A DNA stretch of 64,000 bases, taken from contig DLNC01000010.1 of the NCBI GenBank assembly GCA_002478265.1, positions 7,986-71,985 on the forward strand, in the 5' to 3' direction. The notes under the pieces were generated by a model that was given only the letters and a program-made list of their open reading frames with translations, was not told where the DNA came from and did not search any database. A program made the translations under genes and the position numbers. This DNA comes from Syntrophaceae bacterium UBA7520 (GTDB lineage Bacteria > Desulfobacterota > Syntrophia > Syntrophales > Smithellaceae). Shown one piece after another: positions 1 to 11,374 of the stretch (the first letter of the stretch is position 1; each line of letters opens with the position of its first letter).

Positions 1-1605
1 CAGCCGCAAAACATTGTTTTTCCTGATGTTGAGCACCCGGAGATGATGCCGGCGATGCTCTCGCCGAAATTACTGGAAGAAATTTACGCCGGTAAGGAAG
101 TGTCTACTGTAGAAACAACTAATACTGGAGAAACAATAGTGGGAGTGGCGCCGGTATTTTCCTACGCCGTGCCCTCAGAGGTCATCGGCCGTATTTCCGT
201 GAATTACAATGTTCCTAAGGGGTTTGCGGAAAAATTAAGAAGCATTGCTGATGCCACGCAACAGTACGGTCAAATCAATATTTTAAAAAATCCCATAAAA
301 TTCAGCTATATATTAACGATGTCTATTGTCACGCTCATCATTATCTTTTTAGCCACCTGGTTTGGATTAACGCTGGCGGGCGGCATCACCGGTCCTATTC
401 AAAATCTTGCCAAAGCGACAAACAAAATCATCCAGGGTGATTTGGATATTCAGATTGATGTTGAGGCGGATGATGAAATAGGCCTCTTGGTAAAATCATT
501 TAATAAGATGACAAAAGATTTGAAAAAAAGCAAAGATGGTCTGCTGCAGGCAAACATAAGCCTGGAACAACGCCGTAAATATATCGAAACGATTTTAAGC
601 AATGTCTCCGTGGGGATTATCTCGCTGGATAAAGACGGCGTTATCACAACGATAAACCAGGCCGCAGAAAAAATGCTCGATATTAAAACAGAGAATGTTT
701 TATTCCGCAATTTTCGCGAATTAATGGTATCGGAGCATCTCATTCGCATTGAGGAATTTTTAAAGGAAATAAACGAAACGCAGGAAGGCGTGTTGCAAAA
801 ACAGGTGGAGCTGATATTCAAAGACAGGGCTCTTACCGTTCTTCTTACGCTTACCGTAATTAAGGAGGAAGAAGGCAAAGACGCTGGTATGGTCGTCATT
901 TTTGAGGATCTAACGCAATTACAGAGGGCGGAAAGAGCGGCGGCGTGGCGTGAAGTCGCCCGGAGAATGGCGCATGAAATAAAAAATCCGCTTACACCGG
1001 TGCAACTCTCCGCACAGAGGCTGCAGAAAAAATACGGCGACAAGCTTGGCGAAGAGGGTTCTGTTTTTAAAGAATGCACGCAGACGATTATTGACCAGGT
1101 CGATGTGCTTAAAAATCTGGTAAATGAATTTTCGCAATACGCGCGAATGCCCGTAACGACGCCATCGGTCAACGACCTGAATGAAGTTGTGGCCGAATCC
1201 GTTTTCCTTTTTCAGGACGCTCATAAAGATATAGAGTTTATTCTCAATAAAGCGATAAGTTTACCGAAATTCGAGTTTGATGCGCAGCAGATGAATCGCG
1301 TATTGATAAATCTTCTGGATAATGCGGTGGCGGCAATCGACGGCAGGGGAGGGAAAATTGAAATAACCATGAATTATGATGAGCAGACGCGCAAGGTTTT
1401 TGTTGCTGTTGCCGACGATGGCGAAGGTGTTCCGGCAAGCCATAAGGGAAAAATGTTTGAGCCTTATTTTTCGACAAAAAAATCCGGTACCGGTTTGGGG
1501 CTGGCCATTGTGAACTCGATCATCTCTGATCATCGCGGTCAGGTGACTGTCGCGGATAATTATCCGCGCGGAACAGTGATTTCATTTTATTTGCCGGTTG
1601 CCTGA
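1..1605 (+). CDS. Sensor histidine kinase, NtrY-like (5' end outside window)
   Basis: Frame 1 is open from nt 1 (no upstream stop), so the gene is 5'-truncated by the window edge. Has a TM segment, HAMP-like linker, PAS region, H-box HEIKNPLTPVQLSAQRL and ATPase G-box GTGLGLAIV. Confidence 0.85.
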   Translation, partial: QPQNIVFPDVEHPEMMPAMLSPKLLEEIYAGKEVSTVETTNTGETIVGVAPVFSYAVPSEVIGRISVNYNVPKGFAEKLRSIADATQQYGQINILKNPIKFSYILTMSIVTLIIIFLATWFGLTLAGGITGPIQNLAKATNKIIQGDLDIQIDVEADDEIGLLVKSFNKMTKDLKKSKDGLLQANISLEQRRKYIETILSNVSVGIISLDKDGVITTINQAAEKMLDIKTENVLFRNFRELMVSEHLIRIEEFLKEINETQEGVLQKQVELIFKDRALTVLLTLTVIKEEEGKDAGMVVIFEDLTQLQRAERAAAWREVARRMAHEIKNPLTPVQLSAQRLQKKYGDKLGEEGSVFKECTQTIIDQVDVLKNLVNEFSQYARMPVTTPSVNDLNEVVAESVFLFQDAHKDIEFILNKAISLPKFEFDAQQMNRVLINLLDNAVAAIDGRGGKIEITMNYDEQTRKVFVAVADDGEGVPASHKGKMFEPYFSTKKSGTGLGLAIVNSIISDHRGQVTVADNYPRGTVISFYLPVA

Positions 1606-1668
1606 GATAAGATAAATATTTAGTAAATAGTCATTGATAATATATTTAAAATTAAATACTTATAAAGC

Positions 1669-3048
1669 ATGAAAGAAAATATCCTCATTGTTGACGATGA
1701 AGAAAGCATCTGCCAGACGCTAAAAGGAATTTTGAGCGATGAAGGCTATAATGTGCTGGTGGCAGGCAGCGGTGAAGACGCGCTCAAAATAATGGAGGAC
1801 GAACTGCCGCACCTTGTCATGCTGGACATCTGGCTTCCCGGTATTGACGGTTTGGAAACACTAAAAAGGATTAAGGCGCAGTATCCTGACGTGATGGTTA
1901 TCATGATGTCGGGGCACGGCACGATTGAAACGGCGGTGAAAGCCACAAAATTAGGCGCCTTTGATTTTATCGAAAAACCACTTTCGCTGGAAAAAGTGAT
2001 AATCTTAATCAACAACGCGCTAAACGTTTTGCGCCTGGAAGCGGAAAACGTCATGCTGAAACAAAAGATAGCGCATCAGTATGAGCTAACCGGTGTAAGC
2101 AAACAGATAACGGAACTCAAAGAAATGATCAGCATCGTTGCCCCGACCAACGCCTGGATTCTCATTATGGGAGAAAACGGCACGGGCAAGGAACTGGTGG
2201 CGCGATCCATACACCACTTAAGCCATCGAGCGCATAAGCCGATTGTGGAAGTGAATTGCGCGGCGATTCCCGAAGAACTGATTGAAAGTGAATTATTCGG
2301 GCACGAAAAGGGAGCTTTTACCGGCGCAACGGAAAAAAAACGCGGAAAATTCGACCTGGCTCACGAAGGCACGATTTTTTTGGATGAAGTGGCCGACATG
2401 AGTCTGAAAGCGCAGGCAAAAATTCTGCGCATACTGCAGGAGAAGAAATTTGAAAGAGTGGGAGGCAACAAACTCATCGATATGGACGTGCGTGTGTTGG
2501 CCGCGACAAACAAAGATTTGGAAAAGGAAATGGAAGCCGGGCGCTTTCGCCAGGATCTTTATTACCGCCTGCACGTCATCCCTCTTTATGTGCCAGCACT
2601 AAGGGAAAGAAAGGAAGACATCAGGCCACTGGCGGAAAAATTTTTGCAGGACGCAGCGGAAAAAGAAGGCGAAGATCCTAAAATATTGACGGATGAAGCA
2701 CTGGCGGTGCTTATGGAACATGATTGGCCCGGTAACGTCCGAGAGCTGAAAAATATTATCGAAAGATTGGTTATCCTAACACCAGCCAGAGAAATCACGG
2801 CAAATGATATTCCGCCACTTCAGGTCAGGGATTTTGGCAAAACACCTTTTGTTATGGAAGATAATATCTCGCTGAATTTCATCAGTAATTCCCTGAAGGA
2901 CGCAAAACTGGATTTTGAAAGGCAGTTTATTCTAAAGAAACTTGAGGAAAACGAAGGCAACATTTCTAAGACCGCCGAAGCAATTGGGCTCGAGCGAAGC
3001 AATTTGCACAAAAAACTCAGAAGCATGAAATTAGTTGTGAAAGAGTAA
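1669..3048 (+). CDS. Sigma54-dependent response regulator (NtrC/NtrX/AtoC family)
   Basis: N-terminal receiver domain, AAA+ Walker A GENGTGKE, intact GAFTGA sigma54-contact motif and a C-terminal Fis-type HTH. Lies directly downstream of the kinase. Confidence 0.9.
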   Translation: MKENILIVDDEESICQTLKGILSDEGYNVLVAGSGEDALKIMEDELPHLVMLDIWLPGIDGLETLKRIKAQYPDVMVIMMSGHGTIETAVKATKLGAFDFIEKPLSLEKVIILINNALNVLRLEAENVMLKQKIAHQYELTGVSKQITELKEMISIVAPTNAWILIMGENGTGKELVARSIHHLSHRAHKPIVEVNCAAIPEELIESELFGHEKGAFTGATEKKRGKFDLAHEGTIFLDEVADMSLKAQAKILRILQEKKFERVGGNKLIDMDVRVLAATNKDLEKEMEAGRFRQDLYYRLHVIPLYVPALRERKEDIRPLAEKFLQDAAEKEGEDPKILTDEALAVLMEHDWPGNVRELKNIIERLVILTPAREITANDIPPLQVRDFGKTPFVMEDNISLNFISNSLKDAKLDFERQFILKKLEENEGNISKTAEAIGLERSNLHKKLRSMKLVVKE

Positions 3049-3079
3049 TGATTGCGGCAAATTAAATTTTGGCAGCAGT

Positions 3080-4072
3080 TTAACCATTATTAGATTTTTC
3101 ACCGTTGAGCAGAGCCTTTATCTCTTTGAAGGAGAATTTGTTGTAAGGCATAAAAAGAATGCCCAGCACAACGACAATGGCGATGGAAAGAAAATGATAA
3201 ACGACGGCGAAAGAAAATGCTTCGGATTTAGCCATGCCGAAGATACTTAAGCCTAAAATGCAGGCAAAATGCCAGTTGCCGATATAACCGGGGGCGGTGG
3301 GAATGGCGATTCCCGCAATCAGAACAATCATGAGCACCACCGCGGCCAGGAAAGGCAGACTGAAATCAAAAGCCAAAAACAGCATGTAGATTGCCAGAAC
3401 ATCGACGAACCAGATTAGCGCCGAAAGGAAAAGTAGATACAAAAGCATTCTTATATCTGTGATGATTTTGAAGCCGTCAATAAAATGATGGATCAGTTCA
3501 TCAATTTTATGCGCCAGTTTTTCCGGCAATTTACTGAAAATTCTCCGGGCAACATTCGATGCGGTTTGTCGTTTCCAGATCAGAACAATAATAAAAATCA
3601 GCAACAAAAAAGCAATAATGAAAAACAAAATACTGGATTTTATCATCCAGTCAGGCAGGCGCATAAAGGTCAGAGAAATAACCATGATGGATATAACCGC
3701 CAGGCTGTCCAGTACTCTTTCCACAAAAATCGTGCCGAGAGCGGATGAAAATTTTATTTCACTTTTCTGCGCGATTAAATAGGGGCGGGCAAATTCTCCC
3801 AAGCGAGCGGGGATGGCGGCAATAGCCAGAAACCCCACAGAGGTAATGGCAAAAAGGGTAAACTGGTCAAGTTTCTGCAGGGGTTGCAAAATGACGCCCC
3901 AACGGTAGGAGCGTAAAAACTGCATTACCAGCACTATGGCAACAAAGCCGGCAACCGGCAGCAGTTTGATATTTTTCAGACTTTCGATAGTTTCATCAAA
4001 GTTTATCCCGCGGACGGATAAGTATACCAGGACAAGGCTAAGCAATATTCCCGCGATGATCTTTTTTTTCAT
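3080..4072 (-). CDS. Polytopic membrane protein, flippase-like / lysylphosphatidylglycerol-synthase TM-region family (UPF0104)
   Basis: 330 aa with about 8 hydrophobic helices. The overall pattern resembles the UPF0104 family. Assigned from memory of family features only. Confidence 0.55.
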   Translation of the reverse strand: MKKKIIAGILLSLVLVYLSVRGINFDETIESLKNIKLLPVAGFVAIVLVMQFLRSYRWGVILQPLQKLDQFTLFAITSVGFLAIAAIPARLGEFARPYLIAQKSEIKFSSALGTIFVERVLDSLAVISIMVISLTFMRLPDWMIKSSILFFIIAFLLLIFIIVLIWKRQTASNVARRIFSKLPEKLAHKIDELIHHFIDGFKIITDIRMLLYLLFLSALIWFVDVLAIYMLFLAFDFSLPFLAAVVLMIVLIAGIAIPTAPGYIGNWHFACILGLSIFGMAKSEAFSFAVVYHFLSIAIVVVLGILFMPYNKFSFKEIKALLNGEKSNNG

Positions 4073-4119
4073 CTGGCATTAATACCCCGGCCGATATTTG
4101 TTTTGTGGCTGCCTCTGAA

Positions 4120-4521
4120 TTATTGATTGGCCAGGTGATCAGCTATTTTATCATGGAGCAATTGCGAAGAAAGCTTGTTTCCTAGTAATCCCACCCGAAT
4201 CGAAACACTGGTCAGTTCTTTTGACTTATAAGTTACTTCAATTTTCACTTTTTCGCTTTTGATGATAGCGTTTATTCTTCCCCGGGCGATTTCGCGGACA
4301 GGTTGGACATCGATGCCCCTCATATCGGCGACGGTTTTTTCGCAGGCGGTCCAGACCTGATCGAAAGAAGCGGGATAGTCTGTTTTTAATTCACCGGAAA
4401 CGTAATAATATGTTCCAACGCCTGCCCCAACAGCGGTGCCCCCGACTACCAGAGCGGCGCATCCGCATAAAAGAAATAAGCTAAAAAGCAGCGATACGGC
4501 AGAAAACAAATTTTTCCTCAT
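4120..4521 (-). CDS. Lipoprotein, DUF3568-like
   Basis: Start moved to the internal ATG at 4521, preceded by GGAGGA at 6-nt spacing. Signal peptide with lipobox LLCGC. Confidence 0.55.
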   Translation of the reverse strand: MRKNLFSAVSLLFSLFLLCGCAALVVGGTAVGAGVGTYYYVSGELKTDYPASFDQVWTACEKTVADMRGIDVQPVREIARGRINAIIKSEKVKIEVTYKSKELTSVSIRVGLLGNKLSSQLLHDKIADHLANQ

Positions 4522-4660
4522 GTTTATTCCTCCGGTGAAGTTTGTTTTTTTAAACATATCATTGATGCAATTGCAATATTAAATATTTCAGTCCACTAAC
4601 TGCTGCTTTCGCGATATTGAAAAGATTATCACAGCGGCCTTGTTCGAAGAAAATATTATT

Positions 4661-5728
4661 TTAGGCACTGTTCGTTAAGGATAGTTTCTCAAATTCTCGC
4701 AGAATGTCTTCTTGTTTTTTGCTTAAGTTTGTAGGCGTCTGCACGAAGATTTCCACAATCTGATCACCGCGGCCGTAACCACGAATATGCGGAATGCCTT
4801 TGCCTTTGAGGCGGAAAGTTTTTCCCGTTTGCGCGCCTTTGGGAATTTTTAGCTTTTCTTTGCCCTCTATTGTCGGCACTTCTACCGTCGCTCCAAGTGC
4901 GGCCTGAACAAAAGAGATTGGGATGCGGCAGATGACGTCATCACCGGAACGGGTGAAAAATTCATGATCTTCCACGTGTAAAAAAACGTAGAGGTCACCA
5001 TTTGGGCCTCCGTGGTCACCCGCCTCTCCCTCGCCGCGCAGTCTCAGGCGTGAGCCTGTTTCCACGCCGGCGGGAATCTTTAACTGAACGCTTTTGGTGA
5101 CGGTTTCCTTTCCCGAGCCATTGCATTTATCGCAAGGCTTGGTGATATATTTACCATGACCGCCGCACTGAGGACAGGTGGTACTGATCGTGAAAAAGCC
5201 ACTCGATTGTATCACCTGCCCACGGCCCTGGCAGGAACGGCAGGTCTCCGGGCGCGCGCCGGGGGCGCAGCCACTGCCTTCGCATTGGTCACAGGTTGCC
5301 AGTTTGGATATTTCGATATTTTTTGATAGCCCAAAGGCAGCATCCATGAATGAAATATTCAAATCATAGCGCAGGTCTGCGCCGGCGCGGGCATAGGAGC
5401 GGGATCTGCCTCTTGCGCCGCTGAAACCGAAAATATCTTCAAAGATATCGCCAAAGTGGGAGAAGATATCTTCAAAACCGCTGAAACCCTGAAAGCCGCT
5501 GTTGCTAAGCCCCTCATGGCCATAATGGTCGTAGATTTCTCGTTTATGGCGATCGCTCAGCACTTCATAGGCTTCAGCCGCCTCCTTGAATTTTTCTTCC
5601 GCTTGTTTGTCTCCCGGATTTTTGTCCGGGTGGCACTGCATGGCTATTTTCCGGTAACTTTTTTTTATTTCTTCTTCTGAGGCGTTCCTCTTTACGCCCA
5701 GAACCTCATAATAATCTTTTTTGATCAT
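4661..5728 (-). CDS. dnaJ: Molecular chaperone DnaJ
   Basis: J domain with HPD, G/F-rich linker, four CxxCxGxG zinc-finger repeats and a C-terminal substrate-binding domain. Confidence 0.95.
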   Translation of the reverse strand: MIKKDYYEVLGVKRNASEEEIKKSYRKIAMQCHPDKNPGDKQAEEKFKEAAEAYEVLSDRHKREIYDHYGHEGLSNSGFQGFSGFEDIFSHFGDIFEDIFGFSGARGRSRSYARAGADLRYDLNISFMDAAFGLSKNIEISKLATCDQCEGSGCAPGARPETCRSCQGRGQVIQSSGFFTISTTCPQCGGHGKYITKPCDKCNGSGKETVTKSVQLKIPAGVETGSRLRLRGEGEAGDHGGPNGDLYVFLHVEDHEFFTRSGDDVICRIPISFVQAALGATVEVPTIEGKEKLKIPKGAQTGKTFRLKGKGIPHIRGYGRGDQIVEIFVQTPTNLSKKQEDILREFEKLSLTNSA

Positions 5729-6123
5729 TTTTCGTTTCCGTGACTTTCCGCTTCCATCATTTTTCGCAGCGCATTAAGATCTTCCTGCTTACCGGCTTTT
5801 TCCAGCGCGTGCCTGGCAAAATAATATTTTTTCTGAGTAATGGCATTTTGTCCGATTTTTTCCCAGTCGTCTTGCGCAGGTTGTTTATTCAGGGCTTTCA
5901 GGGACTGCTCGAAGAGGAAAACATCCGCGGTCTCCATCGCCAAGGATTTTATATTTTCTATCCCCTTGGAATGCCTAGCTTTTTTGTAAAACTCGAGGGC
6001 GTCAGAAAATTTCCCTTCAGCAAAAAAAAGGTCACCGTAATTAATAAGCGTTTTTTCATCAGTCGCGTCGATGTAGAGAATTTTTTGTTTCAGCCTGTAG
6101 TCAGGAAGTTTTTTGCCGCTCAA
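5725..6123 (-). CDS. Small TPR-like helical protein, function unknown
   Basis: 132-aa ORF whose stop overlaps the dnaJ ATG (ATGA), which suggests translational coupling. Helical-repeat-like sequence. Confidence 0.4.
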   Translation of the reverse strand: MSGKKLPDYRLKQKILYIDATDEKTLINYGDLFFAEGKFSDALEFYKKARHSKGIENIKSLAMETADVFLFEQSLKALNKQPAQDDWEKIGQNAITQKKYYFARHALEKAGKQEDLNALRKMMEAESHGNEK

Positions 6124-6198
6124 GGATAACTCCTTAATAACAGTATCAATTTACGGGCGCTAATATAATAATCAATCACGCCAAGTCAACAGTTTAAA

Positions 6199-7080
6199 TC
6201 AAGGAACCAGCCTGCGGTAGGCTTCCTCGTATTTTTCTTTTGTCTTGCTGATTATCTCAGGCGGCAGATCGGGAGCGGGCGGCTTTTGATTCCATTTTAT
6301 GGATAAAAGATAATCCCGCAGGAATTGCTTATCGAAGCTCTTTTGTCCACGTCCTTCGGCATATTCAGCGGCCGGCCAGAAACGCGAAGAATCCGGCGTG
6401 AGCAATTCGTCGATCAAAATTAGTTCGTCGCTGATGAGGCCGAATTCCATTTTTGTGTCGGCAATAATAATTCCCGCCTTCAGGGCTGATGCTGCGGCGC
6501 GTTCGTAAATGGCAATAGAAATATTTATCACTTTGTCGGTCAATTCCGCGCCGATGAGGTTTTCCATGTCTTTTTTGGTGATTGCCGTATCATGTTGTCC
6601 TTCCGGCGCTTTTGTTGTCGGCGTGAAGATCGTTTGCGGCAGTTTTGCCGATTCCTTCAGTCCTTCAGGCAGCTTAATGCCGGAAACGCTGCGGCTTTGG
6701 CAATAATCCTTCCAGCCCGATCCGGAAAGATACCCGCGCACAATGCATTCGACGGGCAGGGGTTTGGCCCTCCTCGCCAACATGCTGCGTCCTTCCAAAC
6801 TTGAGGCATAGGGAAAACATTCCGGTGGGTAATCGGCCACGTTTGTGGAAATGATGTGATTGCCGATAATGTCTTCCATTTGCCTGAACCAAAAGGCGGA
6901 CATGCGGTTTAAAATTACGCCCTTGCCGGGTATGGGATTGGGCATAATTACGTCAAATGCTGATATGCGGTCGGTAGCGACAAGCAGCAGATTATTTCCC
7001 ACCGCGTATAAATCGCGCACTTTGCCGCGGTTGAGAAATTTTAAATCAGGGAAGTTTGTTTGCGCAATTGCGTCAGACAT
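6199..7080 (-). CDS. purC: Phosphoribosylaminoimidazole-succinocarboxamide (SAICAR) synthase
   Basis: Full-length similarity to long-form PurC ([16 protein letters not shown] motifs). Confidence 0.9.
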   Translation of the reverse strand: MSDAIAQTNFPDLKFLNRGKVRDLYAVGNNLLLVATDRISAFDVIMPNPIPGKGVILNRMSAFWFRQMEDIIGNHIISTNVADYPPECFPYASSLEGRSMLARRAKPLPVECIVRGYLSGSGWKDYCQSRSVSGIKLPEGLKESAKLPQTIFTPTTKAPEGQHDTAITKKDMENLIGAELTDKVINISIAIYERAAASALKAGIIIADTKMEFGLISDELILIDELLTPDSSRFWPAAEYAEGRGQKSFDKQFLRDYLLSIKWNQKPPAPDLPPEIISKTKEKYEEAYRRLVP

Positions 7081-7091
7081 TGTTTGCTCCT

Positions 7092-7721
7092 TCAGCGTAA
7101 GAAAGGGTTATATTTTTTTTCATGGCCGATTGTCGAGGTAGGCATGCGGCCGTAATTATGGCCGGGCATGACTTTGGTGTCTTCCGGCAAAGTAAAAAGT
7201 TTTGTTTTGATGGCGTTGCACATAATCTCCCAGGATCCGCCCGGCAAATCAGTTCTGCCGATCGCTTCCACAAACAGCGTATCGCCGCTGAACACGAAGC
7301 CGGGAGTGTACAGGCAGATGCCGCCCGGAGAATGCCCTGGCGTATGAATGACTTTAAGCTCCACATTGCCCGTGGAAATGGTTTGCCCGTCTTTTACCAG
7401 GATATCCGCGGGGGGAGACTGCGCCGCGCCAAACATTCTCAGCATGGCGGCGGGTGTCGCTGTAAGCATTATCGCGTCAGCTTCATGCACGATGATTTTC
7501 GCGCCGGTAAGCTTTTTCATCAAGGCATTGCCGCCGATATGGTCAACGTGTCCGTGTGTGTTGACGATGTAATTAATGCGCAGTTTGTTTTGCTGTGCCA
7601 CATGGATGATGTCTTCAACATTATCCGCCGGGTCGATAACCAGAGCGTCGCCGGTGATTTTATCCCCCACCAGATAGGCGAAAACGGCCATGTGCCCTAC
7701 CTGCATTTGCTTAACGAACAT
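7092..7721 (-). CDS. MBL-fold metallo-hydrolase (glyoxalase II-like)
   Basis: HxHxDH motif ([11 protein letters not shown]) and typical beta-lactamase-fold spacing. Confidence 0.85.
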   Translation of the reverse strand: MFVKQMQVGHMAVFAYLVGDKITGDALVIDPADNVEDIIHVAQQNKLRINYIVNTHGHVDHIGGNALMKKLTGAKIIVHEADAIMLTATPAAMLRMFGAAQSPPADILVKDGQTISTGNVELKVIHTPGHSPGGICLYTPGFVFSGDTLFVEAIGRTDLPGGSWEIMCNAIKTKLFTLPEDTKVMPGHNYGRMPTSTIGHEKKYNPFLR

Positions 7722-7797
7722 AAACTGTACCTCAAAAAAATATCTGGTTACCTAGCATTATTTGATTTTATTCGTCAATTTAAATTAGGCGGGAGGA

Positions 7798-9141
7798 TTA
7801 ATTACGCCGGAGCGCCGCGGCGAAAAAGCCGTCAGTATTATGGATATGCGGATAGGTGCGATAGAATCCGTCACCGTCAAAAAGGCTTTTATCGAGGCCA
7901 GCCGGTGGAGGGCAAAGAGAGAATTCGCTGTTTTGCGCCATGAATTCTTTAACGATATTTTCATTTTCCTGCGGCAAGAGCGAGCATGTGCAGTATATCA
8001 ATTTTCCGTTGTTTTTCACCGCTCGCGCCGCTTCAGCAAGAATTTTTTTTTGCCGCCGCACAGTTTTAGGAATATCTTTGGGCTGTAGGCGCCATTTTAT
8101 TTCCGGATTGCGGCGTAGCGTGCCTGTACCGGAACATGGCGCGTCAACAAGGACAAAATCAAATCTGCCGCTTAATTTATCTGGCAGGCCGTAGCTTAAA
8201 TCCATCTTATATGCCTCAGCACAGGTTACGCCCAACCGCAGAGCTTCCTTTTTTAATTCTTCAATCATCGCGGGATTCTTATCTATTGCCAGAATTCGCC
8301 CATGATTTTTCATCAGTGCCGCCAGATGCGCAGTCTTGCCGCCGCTTCCTGCGCAGACATCAAGGACATTGCTGTTTTCTTCCGGTACAACGAGATACGC
8401 GATGCATTGGGCGCCTTCATCCTGCAGGCGAAAAAAACCGGCGGAAAATGCTTCAGTTTTTACGGCAGCCTGGATGCCTTGATGTATGATGAGGCCGTCC
8501 GGCGAATGCCTGGTCGGTGCAAGATGAAAACCATCGGCGCTGAGCTTGGCGATCAATTCAGCGCGTGATATTTTCAGCGTATTAACCCGGAGAGTCACGG
8601 GTGGTAGCTCATTGTTCGAAGCGCATAAGGATTGCGTGTTTTCGGGACCAAAAATGTTCAGCCATTCATTTACCAACCAGGAGGGATGGGAATAATTTAC
8701 GGATATGTATTTTGCCATGCCATTTTCGGGAGCAGGAAAAGGAATATTATTCCCGCGCCGCAAATAATTACGCAGCAAGGCGTTGACTAAAGAGCTTTTC
8801 TGCGGAGAGATTAAATTGCTTATTTTTACCGCTTCGTTTACTACGGCAAAAGCGGGCAGGCGGTCGCTGCTTGTTAATTGAAAAAGAGAAATGCGCAGAA
8901 TATTTTTAACAGTTTCGTCAAGATTCTCGAATTCGCCGCGATAAAGAGCCGCAATAATCCAATCAAGCCGGCCGCGATTTCTCAAAACGCCGTAAACAAG
9001 GTAAGTAAGCAACTTTCCGTCCGCCGTACCCGACAGTTGATTGGCATCCAGGCAATCGTCAAGAAGAAGAGAGGCAAACGCGTCGCTGCGATTAACCCGC
9101 GTGAGAATAACCGTCGCCAGATGCCTGATGGATTTCTTCAT
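7798..9141 (-). CDS. rsmB: 16S rRNA (cytosine967-C5)-methyltransferase RsmB
   Basis: NusB-like N-terminal domain plus SAM methyltransferase (DVCAGSGGKT, DAPCSGTG, catalytic TCS). Confidence 0.85.
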   Translation of the reverse strand: MKKSIRHLATVILTRVNRSDAFASLLLDDCLDANQLSGTADGKLLTYLVYGVLRNRGRLDWIIAALYRGEFENLDETVKNILRISLFQLTSSDRLPAFAVVNEAVKISNLISPQKSSLVNALLRNYLRRGNNIPFPAPENGMAKYISVNYSHPSWLVNEWLNIFGPENTQSLCASNNELPPVTLRVNTLKISRAELIAKLSADGFHLAPTRHSPDGLIIHQGIQAAVKTEAFSAGFFRLQDEGAQCIAYLVVPEENSNVLDVCAGSGGKTAHLAALMKNHGRILAIDKNPAMIEELKKEALRLGVTCAEAYKMDLSYGLPDKLSGRFDFVLVDAPCSGTGTLRRNPEIKWRLQPKDIPKTVRRQKKILAEAARAVKNNGKLIYCTCSLLPQENENIVKEFMAQNSEFSLCPPPAGLDKSLFDGDGFYRTYPHIHNTDGFFAAALRRN

Positions 9142-9221
9142 AGGTTCTTAGTTGATGACAAAATATAAAAAGTAATAAACAAATCACAAAGAGTCGTTTT
9201 ATGCCTGTTACGAAAAAAAGT

Positions 9222-9827
9222 TTAAGTATTCGTGGGAACCGCCGCCGGGCTCGTCAATTCAGAGCGCTTGCCTTTAACTTGCAGGTAAAAGTCGCGTATG
9301 GCGACCATGTCGCGTGCGATATCTCCGGTGGGGAATATAAGCGGCCCCGCGCCGCCGGTTTTGGTCGCGTAATCGATATAGCCAATTTGTATGGGAATGC
9401 CGGCGCCCGTGGCGATATGGTAAAAACCGGATTTCCAGTATTTTACTTTGTGACGGGTTCCTTCAGGTGCCAGGGCTAAAACAAACTCACGCCTTTTTTT
9501 GAATTCCTCGATCATTTTTTCAACGATATTGGAATGCGCGGATCGATCGGTGGCGATTCCTCCCAGCCATTCGATAACCGGCCCGAAGGGCCGGCGAAAC
9601 AATTCTTTCTTTGCCAGAAAACGGGCATCAAGTTTCAGAGCGAAAGCCAGCATTACTCCATAAAAAACATCCCAGTTGGAAGTGTGCGGCGCGACAATGA
9701 CCAGATATTTTGGCAAATTTGGCAGCGGGCCAATGGCTTTCCATCCGAGTATTTTCAATAAAGTAAGAGATAAACCGCGTAAAACAGATTTGATTACCGG
9801 CGTGGTGAAGATTGAATAACGCAGCAA
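9222..9827 (-). CDS. Lysophospholipid (1-acyl-sn-glycerol-3-phosphate) acyltransferase family protein
   Basis: HxxxxD acyltransferase motif (PHTSNWD). TTG start with GGAGG 5 nt upstream. Confidence 0.7.
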   Translation of the reverse strand: MLRYSIFTTPVIKSVLRGLSLTLLKILGWKAIGPLPNLPKYLVIVAPHTSNWDVFYGVMLAFALKLDARFLAKKELFRRPFGPVIEWLGGIATDRSAHSNIVEKMIEEFKKRREFVLALAPEGTRHKVKYWKSGFYHIATGAGIPIQIGYIDYATKTGGAGPLIFPTGDIARDMVAIRDFYLQVKGKRSELTSPAAVPTNT

Positions 9828-9944
9828 AGAAGCCTCCCCGTGAGAAATAGTGACAAATAAAAATTATTATATTTAAGATTAAAGAGCGGTGTCAAGAAAT
9901 TAAATATCGGCATGCCGCGCCGGATTGAATAATCAGGAATGATA

Positions 9945-10886
9945 TCATGAACCGAAAGCGGCATTGGTTTTAATTTGATAGCCGCGCAGGAAATCTTGCA
10001 CCGGCATCTTTTTTTTCCCGGCGAGCTGCACTTCCTTTAACAGGAGAAGACCATCGCCTGTGGCAACTTTGATTATGTCTTTGGCAACCTCAACGATTGT
10101 GCCGGGTGTTTTATTGGTTTCTTCCATCAATGGTTCCGCCACGTAAATTTTAATCATTTTCTCGTTTAAGAAGCTGTACGCGCCGGGCGCGGGGCTCAAG
10201 CCACGGATGAGATTGTAGATATTAACGGCGCTTTCGCGCCAGTTTATTTTCTCGGTTTCCTTGGTCAAACGCGGCGCAAAAGACACTGCCTCTTTATCCT
10301 GGGGACGAGGGTCAATGGCGCCGGCAATAAATTGGTCGATAGTCGAAAGAAGCAGCTGCGCCCCGAGCCTGGCCAGCCGGTCTTGCAGATGGCCGAAATT
10401 TTCCCCCGGAATGATGTCTGTTTCCTGCTGTGTCAGGATATCGCCGGAATCCATTCCTTCGTCCATCAGCATTATTGTTACGCCGGTTTTTGTTTCTCCT
10501 TTGATCAGGGTCCAGTTAATCGGCGCGGCGCCGCGGTATTTCGGTAGGAGCGAGGGATGGATGTTCAGACAACCGCGAGGGGGAATATCCAGGATTTTTT
10601 TGGGTAGGATTTGTCCAAACGCCGCGACCACAATCATCTCCGGGGATAAACTCTTAATAATTTCCACGCTTGTTTCTTCCCTGATATTCTCGGGTTGAAA
10701 AACGGGCAGCTCTAATTTTTCCGCGAGAATTTTGACCGCCGGGGCGGCGGCGATTTGTCCTCGGCCTTGGGGGCGGTCTGGCTGCGTGATGACGCCGGCA
10801 ATTTCATATCCTGCGACATGCAACATCTGGAGGGCCGGCAAGGAAAATGATGGTGTGCCCATGAAAACTATGCGTAGCGGATTCAT
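9945..10886 (-). CDS. fmt: Methionyl-tRNA formyltransferase
   Basis: Start set at MNPLRIVFMGTP (ATG 10886), with AGGAGG 7 nt upstream. Formyltransferase core with HPSLLPKYRG. Confidence 0.9.
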   Translation of the reverse strand: MNPLRIVFMGTPSFSLPALQMLHVAGYEIAGVITQPDRPQGRGQIAAAPAVKILAEKLELPVFQPENIREETSVEIIKSLSPEMIVVAAFGQILPKKILDIPPRGCLNIHPSLLPKYRGAAPINWTLIKGETKTGVTIMLMDEGMDSGDILTQQETDIIPGENFGHLQDRLARLGAQLLLSTIDQFIAGAIDPRPQDKEAVSFAPRLTKETEKINWRESAVNIYNLIRGLSPAPGAYSFLNEKMIKIYVAEPLMEETNKTPGTIVEVAKDIIKVATGDGLLLLKEVQLAGKKKMPVQDFLRGYQIKTNAAFGS

Positions 10887-11058
10887 AACCGATCCTCCTT
10901 GTTTATTGAATGAACATAATAGAGGAAAAGGCCGTAGTGTCAAGGCATCTTTTTGTTTTGAAATAATAAAAATTTTGTAGTATTAAAAACGTAACAACGT
11001 ACCTTACGGGGGGAAGGTATAGGCAACATATTAAGGATCATAGATTAAGGAGGAAATT

Positions 11059-11346
11059 ATGAAGAAGTGGTTATTAATTTTTGCCGTATTTCTTCTCTTT
11101 GGTTGTGGTGATCAGCCTGCCGTAGATTTGATTAAAGAAGACTTTCAGAAGGTATATCCGACAGGCGAAATTGTTTTGATGAACCCGCTGGAAAAAAGTT
11201 CCGATACCTACCGCGTGCAGATAAGTTTTCGCCCCGACACCAGCTATAGCACCGAGCGGGAGGGAAAATTCAAAGAAGACATTTTTCTTTATAAGAAAGT
11301 CGGCGATAAGTGGGTGTTTACCTGGAGAAGATCCAGCGGCAAATAA
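11059..11346 (+). CDS. Small lipoprotein, unknown function
   Basis: AGGAGG RBS and signal peptide with lipobox LFGCG. 95 aa. Confidence 0.5.
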   Translation: MKKWLLIFAVFLLFGCGDQPAVDLIKEDFQKVYPTGEIVLMNPLEKSSDTYRVQISFRPDTSYSTEREGKFKEDIFLYKKVGDKWVFTWRRSSGK

Positions 11347-11374
11347 TAATTCTTCATATTAGTAGCGGAAAATA